Positions 52,204-62,905 of a stretch of 64,000 bases of DNA are shown here, piece by piece. The translations under genes and the position numbers were made by a program. The stretch's first letter is position 1. The number at the start of each line of letters is the position of its first letter. The stretch is taken from the IMG/VR virus record IMGVR_UViG_3300027509_000001, positions 64,001-128,000 of that record, one strand, 5' to 3'. Under the pieces are notes generated by a model. That model had not been told where the DNA came from, made no database searches, and saw nothing but the letters and a program-made list of their open reading frames with translations. This DNA comes from a virus. Taxonomy: Duplodnaviria; Heunggongvirae; Uroviricota; Caudoviricetes.

Positions 52204-55032
52204 TTAATTTCTTGAGTATCTGTCATATCCCAAGATGAAATTAACAGGGGCAAATAATCCAGTATATTTATATAAATTATTATTCCATTCAAATACTACT
52301 CCTTCAGTTGGTTGCATATTTTGTGGTCCGCCTATTGTATTTATTCTGGCTATTTCCCTTTGGATTTTAGGATCAGAAGTGTCTTCGCTTAAGCGATTTA
52401 TATTATCCATAACATTTTGTTTAGAACCTTCTCCAAACGCCCCTAGGAACCCTGTACAATTTGATAAATATTCATTGGCTAATTCTAAAAATATTGGTTC
52501 AATTGAATCTTTTAATTTATGCATTATAGCACTAATCATCGTTTTATCCATTTCCGATATTAATGGGGTATATTCTCCAAAATTCTTATTAGTTAATCTC
52601 GTTGATTTATCTTCGTATACCCATCTATTAACCAATGCCTGTTTAAGCATGTTATTAAGAGGTTTGAGCGATTCTTCTACTACTGCCTTCATATAGTATT
52701 CATAATATTCTCCAAGTGTATTAGAGTCGCTTAAATTAGCGTCTTTCATTTTAGAATTTACTAAAGATTCATAATATGATAATCTTTCAGTTAAATTATC
52801 TGGGGTAATATATTCAATAACATTTGGAGTAATAATTTCATAATGCATTCCAAGTGAATTATATTTCGGTATTTGAATTGGAGTATTTGATATCATATTC
52901 CATGATGCATCATACTCTACTAAACCTAAAGCCACTATATATGGTTTGGTATATTCAATAACGTTTTGCGTTGAAGGATTTAATATTTCGACATTTAAAT
53001 ATTTACTGCCATTCTCAAATAGATTACTATCTTTAAAAGCATGTTCAAGTTGAAGTGCTGCGCTTTTAAATGAGTTTTGCAACCAGTCCCTATCTGAAAA
53101 TTTGTCTGCTAACTCTTCTATTGTCATGGGGGTTTTCAAAGTACTTTTATTTCTGGCTGCATATAATTTATTCTCTTTAATCGTTACCATTAAATTCTGT
53201 CCATCTAGTTTTTCGTACGTCTTTGCTTCTAAGTTACCAGACAAAGAACTAGAAAACAATTCTTTAATTTTACCAAAAGTTAATGATAAATTATTATATG
53301 GATGATTTAATCTTCCAAATGCTCCTCCCATGAGTAATAGATTTTGACTGTTATTAATATTTTCTTTAAATTCAACGTTTGGGTATGTATTGCACAAAGT
53401 TAACAATTTTTTAATCAACAAACTAATTTTTAACACTTTTATTTTATCTGTAGGGCTTTTGTCTTGTCTAGCTACTACTCGGTGATGACCATCCAAAATA
53501 TAATAATCTTTGGAGCATATAATAGGTTTATTAAACACATCGTTGCCAGAATCTGAGATTGATACTACCTTATCAACATTAATTTCTTTTTGTGTTAATT
53601 TTAATTGACTTATTTCTATTTCTTCTATTTTATATTCTATTTTTTCAGTGTCTAACCACTCTTTAAATTTATCTAAATCTTCAATTTGAGGCATTTTAAT
53701 TCTTTTAATACCAAGAGATTGTTTGACATTAATAGTATCTTCTACATAAATCTTAGGCGTTGCTGAACTAAAATTCTTTTTTCGCATTATAGTTTTCGCA
53801 ATTAAATCATATTCCAATGTATTTGGGTCCCATTCAATTACAAATGGTATATTTAATGCACTAGATTTATCAACTAAAACTGCTTCGTCGCCGGGGTCTA
53901 ACCTGTCTAATTGACCTTTTTTGTTTTTTAAAGCCTTTTTAAATAAATTTCGAATTTCCTCTATATCTATTTCTGGAGTATTTCGGTTATCGTTTGACCT
54001 ATCTAAAAAATGTGTCTTCATAAGGTTAATGTCAAGTCCTATGCTCCCATATATTTGATCTAAATATTTTTCAACATTATAAAGTTGACTTCTTGATATC
54101 TTTTCAACAAGTTGATATCCACTGTTATTGGATAATTTAGTAACATGATCTGACCATTTTAGTTCCGAATCAATTTTTGATACAAATTTGTCATAATCAG
54201 TACCCGATCCTGTATTATTATCTCCAGTTGGAAAGTAAGATGTTGTTGTTGGTGGGCCATGAGGATAATCAGTTTCTGGGGCATGCGCTTCTATAGAATC
54301 TATATCCCCTATTAACCAATTCATAACTTTCCAATTTGCGACATTTTTTGATTTATTGTCAATCGATATGTAATACGATTTTAAATCATTGTAAAATGCC
54401 CTTGGTCCGTCATCTGGCGCTGTATAATTTCCTTCTACTATATTCCTAGCTATTTTTTCTTGTATAGCAAATTTTTTTTTAATTATATTATGTGCTAATT
54501 CTTCGTACCAACCAAATATTTCTAAAAATTTATCTTTAGTAATTCCAGGCAAATTTTCCCTAATATAAGTTCCTGAATAATTTTCTACTGATTCTATTTG
54601 TATATGAGGAGCCACAATAACGTATCCATGTTTGTCGTAAGATTCCAATTTAATATCTTCTGAATATGGCTGGAAATAAGACAATGAACCATCTGCCTTT
54701 GTCCATTTGAATCGAGAAGAGTCTTTTTCTCCTATCATAAAAATAGCAGATATATTTGGATCATATTTTTCTAAAAATGTTGGACGATATGGAATCCTCT
54801 CTTCTTTTATATAATTTGAATTAATTCCGTATCCATTCATGAATACTGCTTTTTCTTCGAATGCAAATGGAGAATTTGGAAATTCAATTTTATTTGACGT
54901 AACTAAGTACGAATTTTCTTTTCCAAATTTATTCTGCATCCATTTAAATGCCTCATTATGATGTTTACCAAACAATTGGAAACGTCCTGGATATATAGCG
55001 ACTATTTTATTATTTTTATTCATTAGGTACAA
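52204..55032 (-). CDS. Multidomain protein: HIGH-type nucleotidyltransferase + unknown domains + ParB/Srx-like + ATP-dependent ligase-like
   Basis: YPGRFQLFGKHH...SGTYIR; HFLDRSND..N...KTIMRK; LKLTQ...PII...ILDGHHR; YEKLDGQN...ARNK...EGVVF...YKYTG (KxDG, EG and K motifs). Confidence 0.7.
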   Translation of the reverse strand: MYLMNKNNKIVAIYPGRFQLFGKHHNEAFKWMQNKFGKENSYLVTSNKIEFPNSPFAFEEKAVFMNGYGINSNYIKEERIPYRPTFLEKYDPNISAIFMIGEKDSSRFKWTKADGSLSYFQPYSEDIKLESYDKHGYVIVAPHIQIESVENYSGTYIRENLPGITKDKFLEIFGWYEELAHNIIKKKFAIQEKIARNIVEGNYTAPDDGPRAFYNDLKSYYISIDNKSKNVANWKVMNWLIGDIDSIEAHAPETDYPHGPPTTTSYFPTGDNNTGSGTDYDKFVSKIDSELKWSDHVTKLSNNSGYQLVEKISRSQLYNVEKYLDQIYGSIGLDINLMKTHFLDRSNDNRNTPEIDIEEIRNLFKKALKNKKGQLDRLDPGDEAVLVDKSSALNIPFVIEWDPNTLEYDLIAKTIMRKKNFSSATPKIYVEDTINVKQSLGIKRIKMPQIEDLDKFKEWLDTEKIEYKIEEIEISQLKLTQKEINVDKVVSISDSGNDVFNKPIICSKDYYILDGHHRVVARQDKSPTDKIKVLKISLLIKKLLTLCNTYPNVEFKENINNSQNLLLMGGAFGRLNHPYNNLSLTFGKIKELFSSSLSGNLEAKTYEKLDGQNLMVTIKENKLYAARNKSTLKTPMTIEELADKFSDRDWLQNSFKSAALQLEHAFKDSNLFENGSKYLNVEILNPSTQNVIEYTKPYIVALGLVEYDASWNMISNTPIQIPKYNSLGMHYEIITPNVIEYITPDNLTERLSYYESLVNSKMKDANLSDSNTLGEYYEYYMKAVVEESLKPLNNMLKQALVNRWVYEDKSTRLTNKNFGEYTPLISEMDKTMISAIMHKLKDSIEPIFLELANEYLSNCTGFLGAFGEGSKQNVMDNINRLSEDTSDPKIQREIARINTIGGPQNMQPTEGVVFEWNNNLYKYTGLFAPVNFILGYDRYSRN

Positions 55033-55063
55033 TTTAATTTTTTTTATTTAAAAATCCAAACTC

Positions 55064-58000
55064 TTAAGAAGTTTTTATTATTGTTAATCCACCACCATTC
55101 TCTGCGGATCCTGAAATGGTGTCAGCGGTTGAACCCGACCAAGTTATTTTTATTTCGTCTTCAGCTGATAATTCCACCATATGCTTTAATTTCATATATT
55201 TTGATCCATTGATAGAATCGGCCGATTTAATTGTTGTAAAACCTGCGCCAGTGTCTACTTTTATGTTGTATGTAGTATCTCCTAAAAATGTTCCGAATGC
55301 ATCAAAGTCAATTAAATAATCGCCATCAAATGGAACTACATGAACATCTCCATTTAAAAATGATATATTTGCTTCTGTTCCAGTTGATGATTGCGATGAC
55401 GTATCGTACCCATCATTAAATAAAGATGATCCTACAATTCTAAGAATAGATGGCTCTCTAACATATAACCTATTTTGTCCCAGTCCAGTCCAATTCCAAA
55501 CGGTTATGGCGGCCCATACGGCTGTAGAAGTTGGAGTATAAGTATATGTATGTATTTCCCAATCTGTGTCTACTGCGCCATTTTCATACCAATTTGTTTT
55601 AACTCTTGTATACCCTTGCACTTCCACTGGCTTATCTCCATTACCAAGTCCAACTTTATTTGCCGGAAGCTCAGAGTCATATTCTGCCATTCTTAAATAA
55701 ACACCATTTCCAGAGGTTATATTTGATTTTATTGCGATTGATATTTTCCATGAATTGACACTATCTTCGTTAACTCTAAATACTGGAAATGATGCACAAT
55801 GTTTATTATCAGTGGAACCATTAATTGTTAATGCCCTTTCATTTACATCGTAATATACATTCGTATATACAGTGGTTTGAAATGGTAAAACATCATATGG
55901 CAATGTAATAAGTCCAATTGGCGCTCTAGAGAACGAGAACGTAACTGGATTATTTGCTGTAGTGGGTATAGTTGAATTAAAATCTTCTACAAAATTAATT
56001 AACTCTAAACCCCATGTGTATTTATTGACTCCTTGATTAACTACTTCATCTATCTTATATTTATACCATCTGTCTTCAGATACTTTGAACATTATTTCGT
56101 CACCTTCTTGAACTTGATGATAATAATTTGATCTATTGACGCCATCTGTATCATTTACATATAAAAGTAATCCATCGGCTAATGAAAAATTATTTGCGTC
56201 ACCACTAGTAGTGACAGTCCTGTCTGTCAATAATGCATATCTTCCTTCCCCAGAGGCTTCGCCAGTTGTATCTAAATCGTCGTATGTAAACGAAATACTA
56301 AATCCGCTAATAGCGTCAGGACCCGAGCTTCCATCTGCTCCGTTAGTTCCATTTATACCGTCGGTTCCGTCCTCTCCTACAAATTTTGACCATTCATAAT
56401 CAGCGGCAGTTGTTCCTTCAGTACCAGTAGATTTATTATATGCTATTCCTATATATTTTCTTGTTCCTGGATCTCCGGTTGTGAAATTTGTTGCACCTGC
56501 TATGTCGTCTGCATATGCTATCCATGTATATTTTTCTGGGGCGTCGGCACCGTCGTTTCCATCCGTTCCATTAGTGCCATCTGTTCCGTCTGACCCTTTG
56601 ATTAATTTCCACGTATAGTCTGCTTCAGTTGATGACTCAGTTAATCCAACATATACACCAAGATAATCTCCTGGTGTTGATCCATTGCTTGAAGTGAAAT
56701 TTGCTCCATTGTCATCTGAATATCTAATCCATATACTATTTCCATCGGCGCCATCGTTTCCATCATTACCCTCGTCTCCAGCCAACGAAGCAACCCATTG
56801 TTCTTCAGTACCAACAAATCCATTTAGAACCGCCAATTCATACGCGGATTTTCCTGCTGTTTGTACGTCATCTAATGCAATGTCACCATTAAAATTTAAC
56901 CCATATATCTGAGATTCTTGTGTGGCCTTTTTATTATTTTCATTTAAATAATTTATTTGGAGCGACAATTCGTTGTCCTTTTTAAACGAACTAATTGGTA
57001 TTTTTAAATTAACATGATTTGAAGAATATCCCAATTCATTACGAGGACTTAATCTTAAATTAGAAAGTGACCAATTACTAGTATTTCTGGATTGGAATTT
57101 AATTTTAATATTTGCATCTTCTAATAATTTAAAATACAATTTAATATTTTTTAACAATGCACCCGTCGAATGTTGAATAGAACCTATATAAGTCCAGCCC
57201 GCTATTTTTAAAGGAGCTACCATATTCCTAGGATATTCAATATCAACTTGTACATCAGTCGATGAAACATATACATCAACTTGAGATGTTTTTGGATTTG
57301 GGTCTAGATCATATGCATCGAATTCTATTTTATATTCTGTATTTTTATGTCCCTCAATGGCAAATTGGTCTTTTAATGAAAGAGTCCAAGAATCTAATGC
57401 CTTTTCTTCTGTATTTTTAAATGTAACACCAGTAGGAAATTTTTCTGACATTACATGGCTTGAATTGGATTCATGGGCTATATCCCAATAAGTATTATAA
57501 TCTTCAATTGTTGCTAGATCCCATAAGGGCTTTTCTTCTATTTGCAATTTAGTCGATATAAGACTTTGAGGATCGACTAATAAATTTTGCGAAGGTATTT
57601 TAAATTTTCCTAAATTTACAGATTCTCCAAATGAACCATATAATTTATATGACAATTCAACTTGAGTGACATTACCAGCTAATGGTTCAATGTCTAATAA
57701 ATCAATTTCTATAAAGGACTCTTCCGATCTTTCTTCTAGTGTTACATCTGATCTGTAATACGTTATTTCGTAACTTCCATGGGTTAGCTTTGAATAATTT
57801 CGAGTCGATTTTTCTCCACGAGTATTTATGTATTCTAGCTCATATGTAAAAGGCTTATCTAATATAAAAGTTTTAGTATCTAAAATATCTATAACTCCAG
57901 CTTCAAAAACAATTCCAGTTGGTGATATATAATCTGGATGAAAATCTGGAAACTCCAACGACTGTTCAATGTTACTTAATGATATCCTTGCACCTATCCA

Positions 58001-58765
58001 ATCCTTCGTAACAGTATGACCAACAATTTGAACGGTTGTTCTAGCAGATGTAGAAGAGCTAGATGTTGATTTTACTTTAAGTCCATCAATTATTGGATCG
58101 ATTATTACCTTTGGACTAGAATCTAATTCGTATTTATCTTTATTATTATTATAATTAATTAAATTAGTAGTAGATAACGAAATTGTATTGGAACTGGAAG
58201 ACTCTGTAATAGTATTTATCCTATTTTGGTTTTCTGCAATTTTCGAGTATTTTTCGGTTCTCTCTTGAATTATAATAGATGGTTCTCTCTCAAATATTAT
58301 TTCATTGTTATTTACTTCATTTGGAATAATATTTATTTCATGTTTCCACATTACATTTGGAATGTCTAGATTATCCCAACCACCCTTTTTAATACTATAT
58401 TGGATATTTTGAGCAGTCTTAGTATTATAACTCATTCTACCAGCAATATAAATCGTAGCAATACCTGGAGGTGTGTTTGCATAGATATTGGCAACTATTA
58501 ATCTAGATCTGTCTTTTCCTATTATCGAAGATATTTCATGATATATTGGATTTCCATTTGCATCGATAATATCAATGTATATAGTAGAACCAGAGACTAA
58601 ATTTTTATTATTTGCATTTAATCTGATGCTATTTTTTCCTAATAGGAATTTATCTGGTAGATTATATATCCTAAAATAAGATTGAGAGTTTCTAGAAGTA
58701 TCGTGTAACTGTATATACTTTTGGAATTCTTGCAATCCAGTATCAAATCTAAAATTTTGTAACAT
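55064..58765 (-). CDS. Large virion protein with collagen-like repeats (tail fibre/baseplate-associated)
   Basis: GKSAYELAVLNGFVGTEEQW motif, three G-X-X runs (GNDGNDGADG, GTDGTNGTDG, GTDGINGTNG), YTWIAYADD/WIRYSDD modules, beta-rich carbohydrate-binding-like C-terminus. Confidence 0.7.
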   Translation of the reverse strand: MLQNFRFDTGLQEFQKYIQLHDTSRNSQSYFRIYNLPDKFLLGKNSIRLNANNKNLVSGSTIYIDIIDANGNPIYHEISSIIGKDRSRLIVANIYANTPPGIATIYIAGRMSYNTKTAQNIQYSIKKGGWDNLDIPNVMWKHEINIIPNEVNNNEIIFEREPSIIIQERTEKYSKIAENQNRINTITESSSSNTISLSTTNLINYNNNKDKYELDSSPKVIIDPIIDGLKVKSTSSSSTSARTTVQIVGHTVTKDWIGARISLSNIEQSLEFPDFHPDYISPTGIVFEAGVIDILDTKTFILDKPFTYELEYINTRGEKSTRNYSKLTHGSYEITYYRSDVTLEERSEESFIEIDLLDIEPLAGNVTQVELSYKLYGSFGESVNLGKFKIPSQNLLVDPQSLISTKLQIEEKPLWDLATIEDYNTYWDIAHESNSSHVMSEKFPTGVTFKNTEEKALDSWTLSLKDQFAIEGHKNTEYKIEFDAYDLDPNPKTSQVDVYVSSTDVQVDIEYPRNMVAPLKIAGWTYIGSIQHSTGALLKNIKLYFKLLEDANIKIKFQSRNTSNWSLSNLRLSPRNELGYSSNHVNLKIPISSFKKDNELSLQINYLNENNKKATQESQIYGLNFNGDIALDDVQTAGKSAYELAVLNGFVGTEEQWVASLAGDEGNDGNDGADGNSIWIRYSDDNGANFTSSNGSTPGDYLGVYVGLTESSTEADYTWKLIKGSDGTDGTNGTDGNDGADAPEKYTWIAYADDIAGATNFTTGDPGTRKYIGIAYNKSTGTEGTTAADYEWSKFVGEDGTDGINGTNGADGSSGPDAISGFSISFTYDDLDTTGEASGEGRYALLTDRTVTTSGDANNFSLADGLLLYVNDTDGVNRSNYYHQVQEGDEIMFKVSEDRWYKYKIDEVVNQGVNKYTWGLELINFVEDFNSTIPTTANNPVTFSFSRAPIGLITLPYDVLPFQTTVYTNVYYDVNERALTINGSTDNKHCASFPVFRVNEDSVNSWKISIAIKSNITSGNGVYLRMAEYDSELPANKVGLGNGDKPVEVQGYTRVKTNWYENGAVDTDWEIHTYTYTPTSTAVWAAITVWNWTGLGQNRLYVREPSILRIVGSSLFNDGYDTSSQSSTGTEANISFLNGDVHVVPFDGDYLIDFDAFGTFLGDTTYNIKVDTGAGFTTIKSADSINGSKYMKLKHMVELSAEDEIKITWSGSTADTISGSAENGGGLTIIKTS

Positions 58766-58779
58766 TTAAGGACCCTGTT

Positions 58780-58787
58780 TATAAATA
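58780..58787 (-). promoter_or_regulatory. Putative late promoter TATTTATA
   Basis: 14 bp upstream of the ATG at 58765. Confidence 0.5.
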
Positions 58788-58793
58788 AGTATT

Positions 58794-61700
58794 CTATTGA
58801 ATGTTATTTACATAAGAGAAATCTTTTCCCTTTCTAGATATTTCTATTTTCGAATCTGCTAAATCTTTTAATGTATTTAGGTGTGTAATACACAAAATAA
58901 AATCAAATTTAGTTTTAATCTTATTAAATAATAAGTATATGTTATTTACATTATCTGCGTCTAATACTCCAAATCCTTCGTCTATAGCTATGAAATTTGG
59001 TCTAGGTAGTGAAGTAACTTCTACTAAAGAAGATCTAATAGCTAAAGAAGTTATAAATTTCTCCATTCCGGACGCCAGTTCTATTGGCCAGGATTTACCA
59101 TCATTATAATTTATATAACATAATATATTATGTTTTTCATCTGTCTTTAATTCTACATTAAAATCGACTATATCTAATAATAGTTTATTAACTTCAGATT
59201 CGAGTACTGGTAATATCTTTGTCAATAGCATATATGGTATACCTTTTGGTGAAATTGTTTTCACATATAATTGATATACTTCATACTCTGCAATTAACTT
59301 ATTTAAAGATTCTTTCCTTAAATTTAATTGTTCAATATTATTAGTTACTACTATTAAAGATGTCTCACTATCTTTTAATAATACTAACGTCGAATCTAAT
59401 GATTTTATAACATCCCTTCCTAAAGCCTTTAGGTTTTTTACCTTTTCATCTATATTATTATTCTCTAATAGAATTGTTTTATATTCCTCTAGTGAATCTT
59501 TCTCAGATGCAAGATCTTTTAGTTTAGAATGGCATTCATTAAATTTTAATTTTTGTACTTCAATTTTTTGCAATATACCATCTATAACTAATTTATATCT
59601 TACGATATTATTTTCTATTTCTTGAGATTTTAAATAACGATTATATATTAACTGCAATTCTTGGACTTTGATATTTAACGTCTTCCTAAATAACTTGTCT
59701 TCTTCTAGTGCCTTTATATAGAAAGATATTTGACCAACTTCTCTATTTGCAGTTTTTACAATTTCATTATCTACACAATATTTGCATTCTGGGTCATATT
59801 CGTATGATTCTAATAGCTTTTCTTTTGTTCTTGCATTAATTAATAAATTCTCTCTTTTATTTATTTTATTGTTTAATTCAGTTAATTCTAATTTAAATTT
59901 CTTAAGTTCAGATTCTAATTCGATTGAATTAAAATTTTCTTCAGATATATTATTTTTTGCTTCTTCATATTGATCTTTAGCAGTTTGCATTTCATTTTTT
60001 AATTGATTAGCAGATGCTATAATTTTTTTCAAATTTAAATTATTACTTTCTATATCACCTTCTATAATAGATAATGGCCGCATTACTGGAATTCGCTGCT
60101 TCGATTCTATTAAATTGGATATTTCAGTAGCCAATTCTGTTTGTTGTATTTTATAATGATCGACAGTTCCTTTATATTGCGTTATCAGTGCCTGTAATGC
60201 CCGCTGCTGCTCGTAATATTCAGACTCGTTAACTTGGTTAATACTTTCGGTAGAAGCCTTAATTACTGCCTTCTTTTCCTTTAATTTTATTTTACCATAA
60301 TTCCATAATTGAGTAAACAATGAAATGTCTAGAAATGAATATAATAAGTCCTTTCGTTCTCGTTGAGTTTTAAATACAAAGTTTCTATTGTCATTCTGAG
60401 TACTTAATGCAGTTAATAAGAAATCGTCATATGTTCCAATATATTCTCGAATATGCTTGTTTGTAGTATCTCTATCCTTGCCCTTTAAAGATTCGACCTT
60501 TTTGCCATTTTCTTGCCTATAGAAATCAACTTCAACTCTTACATGGCCATGTTTATCTGCTTTTCCATTTCTAACAACTACATATTCTTCTCCCGCCATT
60601 TGAAATACAAACTTTGATTTAAATAAAGTCTTATGTATATTAAGTACTTCAGAAGCTTTCCATGTCCTAGAGCATTTATCAAATAGACAATATGTTAACG
60701 CATCTAACAACGTTGACTTGCCAGCTGCATTTGGAGCAAACAAGCCTTGTAAACCATGCAATTCTAAATTAAATTTATTATTAGGTCCATATGAAAACAT
60801 ATTAGAAAATTCTAGTTGTATTGGTTTCCATATAACATTTCTAACAACCTTTTTATTTGAATTTACTTCGCTGTTTGCCATTCTATTCATGTGTCGGATT
60901 TGATCAACTACCTTTTCACTTGGCAAGTCTATCTGCTTTAAATATTGCTCAATTAATGTGTTTTGGTACTCTATATCTCTTACGTCGCCTATTGTCATGT
61001 CTGCATTTGATATATTGTAATCTAATGCATTTGATCTTATTGCAATGTATTCCTTAAATACGTGCTTTTGTTTCAATGTTTTAACATATGATTCTATGAC
61101 TTCTTTGTCAGTTGCCTCATGCTTAATTCGCAACCTCAAATATTTTGGTAATTGCTCAATATAGCTTTTGGGTGTCATTAATTGATTTTGCTTAAATGAT
61201 AGAGTTGCATATGCTATATCATTTTTTATAGGGACAAATTCATGTGTTTCATTTTCTAGATCCCAAACCACTAAGCCATGATTGTCTACTGATTCTCCGT
61301 AATTTTGTTGAATTAAAGATGAAGCGTAGCATATTCTCTTTTTTTCATCTAAATATTGAAATTTATGAATGTCTCCCAATAAAGCGTAATCATATCCTCT
61401 GAAAATACTAGATTTTACATGATCATTTGTAATCTGATAGTTTAATTCAGTCGTGGCTCCGGTAACTGCGCCATGGTGAAATGCAATTTTTATATCGTTA
61501 TTTTTGATATCTTTAGCTGGTATCCAGTCTTCTGGAGATCCAAATACTGAAAATACTGAATAACTAACGTTATCTTCTGGATGTATTTTATACACTCCTG
61601 TATCTTTCCAGTAGTATATATTATCATGGTCCAATGCATTTATAATAGGGCTTAATGCATCTAGTCTAGAATTATTATTTAAATTAGTATCATGATTTCC

Positions 61701-61952
61701 AGTTATAACAATTGTTGGTAATAGATCTGCGCAAGATTTAAACAACCAACTAGTTAACTCTATCAATTCCGGAGTCATGTCGGTTTTCTGGTGAACTATA
61801 TCTCCTGCCAAATAAATAACTGAATTTTTAGTTTTTACCGATTTAATATATTTTAGCATTTTTTTGAATACTGCTCGGTATTCAGAGTGCCTTTTATAAT
61901 TCCTAATATGTATATCGGCAACATGAAAAATTTTGTCTGTTTTATATTCCAT
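58794..61952 (-). CDS. Fused SbcD/Mre11 phosphoesterase - SbcC/Rad50 ATPase (gp47-gp46-like)
   Basis: ADIH, AGDIVH, GNHD, HHG, LGDIH; then APNAAGKS Walker A, coiled coil with CKYC hook, ASGMEKF signature, IAIDEGFG. Confidence 0.92.
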   Translation of the reverse strand: MEYKTDKIFHVADIHIRNYKRHSEYRAVFKKMLKYIKSVKTKNSVIYLAGDIVHQKTDMTPELIELTSWLFKSCADLLPTIVITGNHDTNLNNNSRLDALSPIINALDHDNIYYWKDTGVYKIHPEDNVSYSVFSVFGSPEDWIPAKDIKNNDIKIAFHHGAVTGATTELNYQITNDHVKSSIFRGYDYALLGDIHKFQYLDEKKRICYASSLIQQNYGESVDNHGLVVWDLENETHEFVPIKNDIAYATLSFKQNQLMTPKSYIEQLPKYLRLRIKHEATDKEVIESYVKTLKQKHVFKEYIAIRSNALDYNISNADMTIGDVRDIEYQNTLIEQYLKQIDLPSEKVVDQIRHMNRMANSEVNSNKKVVRNVIWKPIQLEFSNMFSYGPNNKFNLELHGLQGLFAPNAAGKSTLLDALTYCLFDKCSRTWKASEVLNIHKTLFKSKFVFQMAGEEYVVVRNGKADKHGHVRVEVDFYRQENGKKVESLKGKDRDTTNKHIREYIGTYDDFLLTALSTQNDNRNFVFKTQRERKDLLYSFLDISLFTQLWNYGKIKLKEKKAVIKASTESINQVNESEYYEQQRALQALITQYKGTVDHYKIQQTELATEISNLIESKQRIPVMRPLSIIEGDIESNNLNLKKIIASANQLKNEMQTAKDQYEEAKNNISEENFNSIELESELKKFKLELTELNNKINKRENLLINARTKEKLLESYEYDPECKYCVDNEIVKTANREVGQISFYIKALEEDKLFRKTLNIKVQELQLIYNRYLKSQEIENNIVRYKLVIDGILQKIEVQKLKFNECHSKLKDLASEKDSLEEYKTILLENNNIDEKVKNLKALGRDVIKSLDSTLVLLKDSETSLIVVTNNIEQLNLRKESLNKLIAEYEVYQLYVKTISPKGIPYMLLTKILPVLESEVNKLLLDIVDFNVELKTDEKHNILCYINYNDGKSWPIELASGMEKFITSLAIRSSLVEVTSLPRPNFIAIDEGFGVLDADNVNNIYLLFNKIKTKFDFILCITHLNTLKDLADSKIEISRKGKDFSYVNNIQ

Positions 61953-62883
61953 TTAATCCTCTTTGTATTTCTAATTCAAAAAATGAATTTTCATTCATTG
62001 GTAAAGTCGAGTTTATTAAATCCCAACTAAGTTTATATCCTAATTTATTTACATCACTATTTTCTGGGTATTTTACGTGGTATACTTTTATACCTAAACC
62101 AAGTAAATATTTAATATATTTCATCTGTTGTTTAAGTGCATCTGGATCTAGGCATAGATATATCTCAGATACTTCATTTTCTAAAATTGCAAGTTTTAAT
62201 GATTTGGACATGGTTTTACCATACATTGGAGTCGAATTAATTCTTAATGTAATTGCATCTAATGCCGACTCGCATATTAATAATGGTAAATTCCAATTCA
62301 ATTGCATTTCAAAGCCTATTACATTTCTATCATATGGTGCATTAACGAATTTAGTGCTTGACCCATTCATAAATGATCTAGTTGTATAAAAATTTAAATT
62401 ACCATTCTGATCGTAATTTGGAAAGATTAATAAATTTTTATATTGTCCAGAATCCGAATAACCAATATTATATTTTATAATATCTAGTTCTGTACATCCT
62501 CTTTGTGTTATTAAGTATTCGTGGGCTTTGTCATAGAAAAATCCAGATTGTTTATAATAAAGAGGAATGAATGATTCAGGTAGCTCAATTTTTTGAGTTA
62601 TAGATTGGCTTGTATTTTTTAATAGATATTTAGTGCGATCGTCTTTAGGATATACTTCTTTTAATTTCTCAAAATACCTAGGAGCGGCTTTCATTTTTCG
62701 AAGAAGGGAATATATAGATTTACCTTTTACGTCGCATACCCAACAATGATAGGTTTGATTAGTTGGATGTATTTCAAGTTTACGTTTCCGATGATTACAA
62801 AACGGGCAATGAAAAGCAATGTTAGTTTTACTTTTTTCATATCCAATACCTAAAAAAGATTCTAAGAATTCTTTAACCACCAA
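61942..62883 (-). CDS. DNA primase (Zn finger + TOPRIM)
   Basis: CPFCNH...YHCWVC, ICESALDA, LDPDA. Confidence 0.9.
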   Translation of the reverse strand: MVVKEFLESFLGIGYEKSKTNIAFHCPFCNHRKRKLEIHPTNQTYHCWVCDVKGKSIYSLLRKMKAAPRYFEKLKEVYPKDDRTKYLLKNTSQSITQKIELPESFIPLYYKQSGFFYDKAHEYLITQRGCTELDIIKYNIGYSDSGQYKNLLIFPNYDQNGNLNFYTTRSFMNGSSTKFVNAPYDRNVIGFEMQLNWNLPLLICESALDAITLRINSTPMYGKTMSKSLKLAILENEVSEIYLCLDPDALKQQMKYIKYLLGLGIKVYHVKYPENSDVNKLGYKLSWDLINSTLPMNENSFFELEIQRGLNGI

Positions 62884-62905
62884 GTTAGTTGTTTGTTGAG
62901 TTAAG

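Noticed and set aside
56300-56800. Collagen-like and module repeats as a DGR template/variable pair
   Set aside because: Differences are not adenine-specific and no reverse transcriptase is present
5961-58787. Plus-strand TATAAATA read as T4 late promoters driving antisense RNA
   Set aside because: The boxes consistently lie just upstream of minus-strand starts, so the minus-strand TATTTATA reading is more parsimonious; antisense activity is not excluded without TSS data
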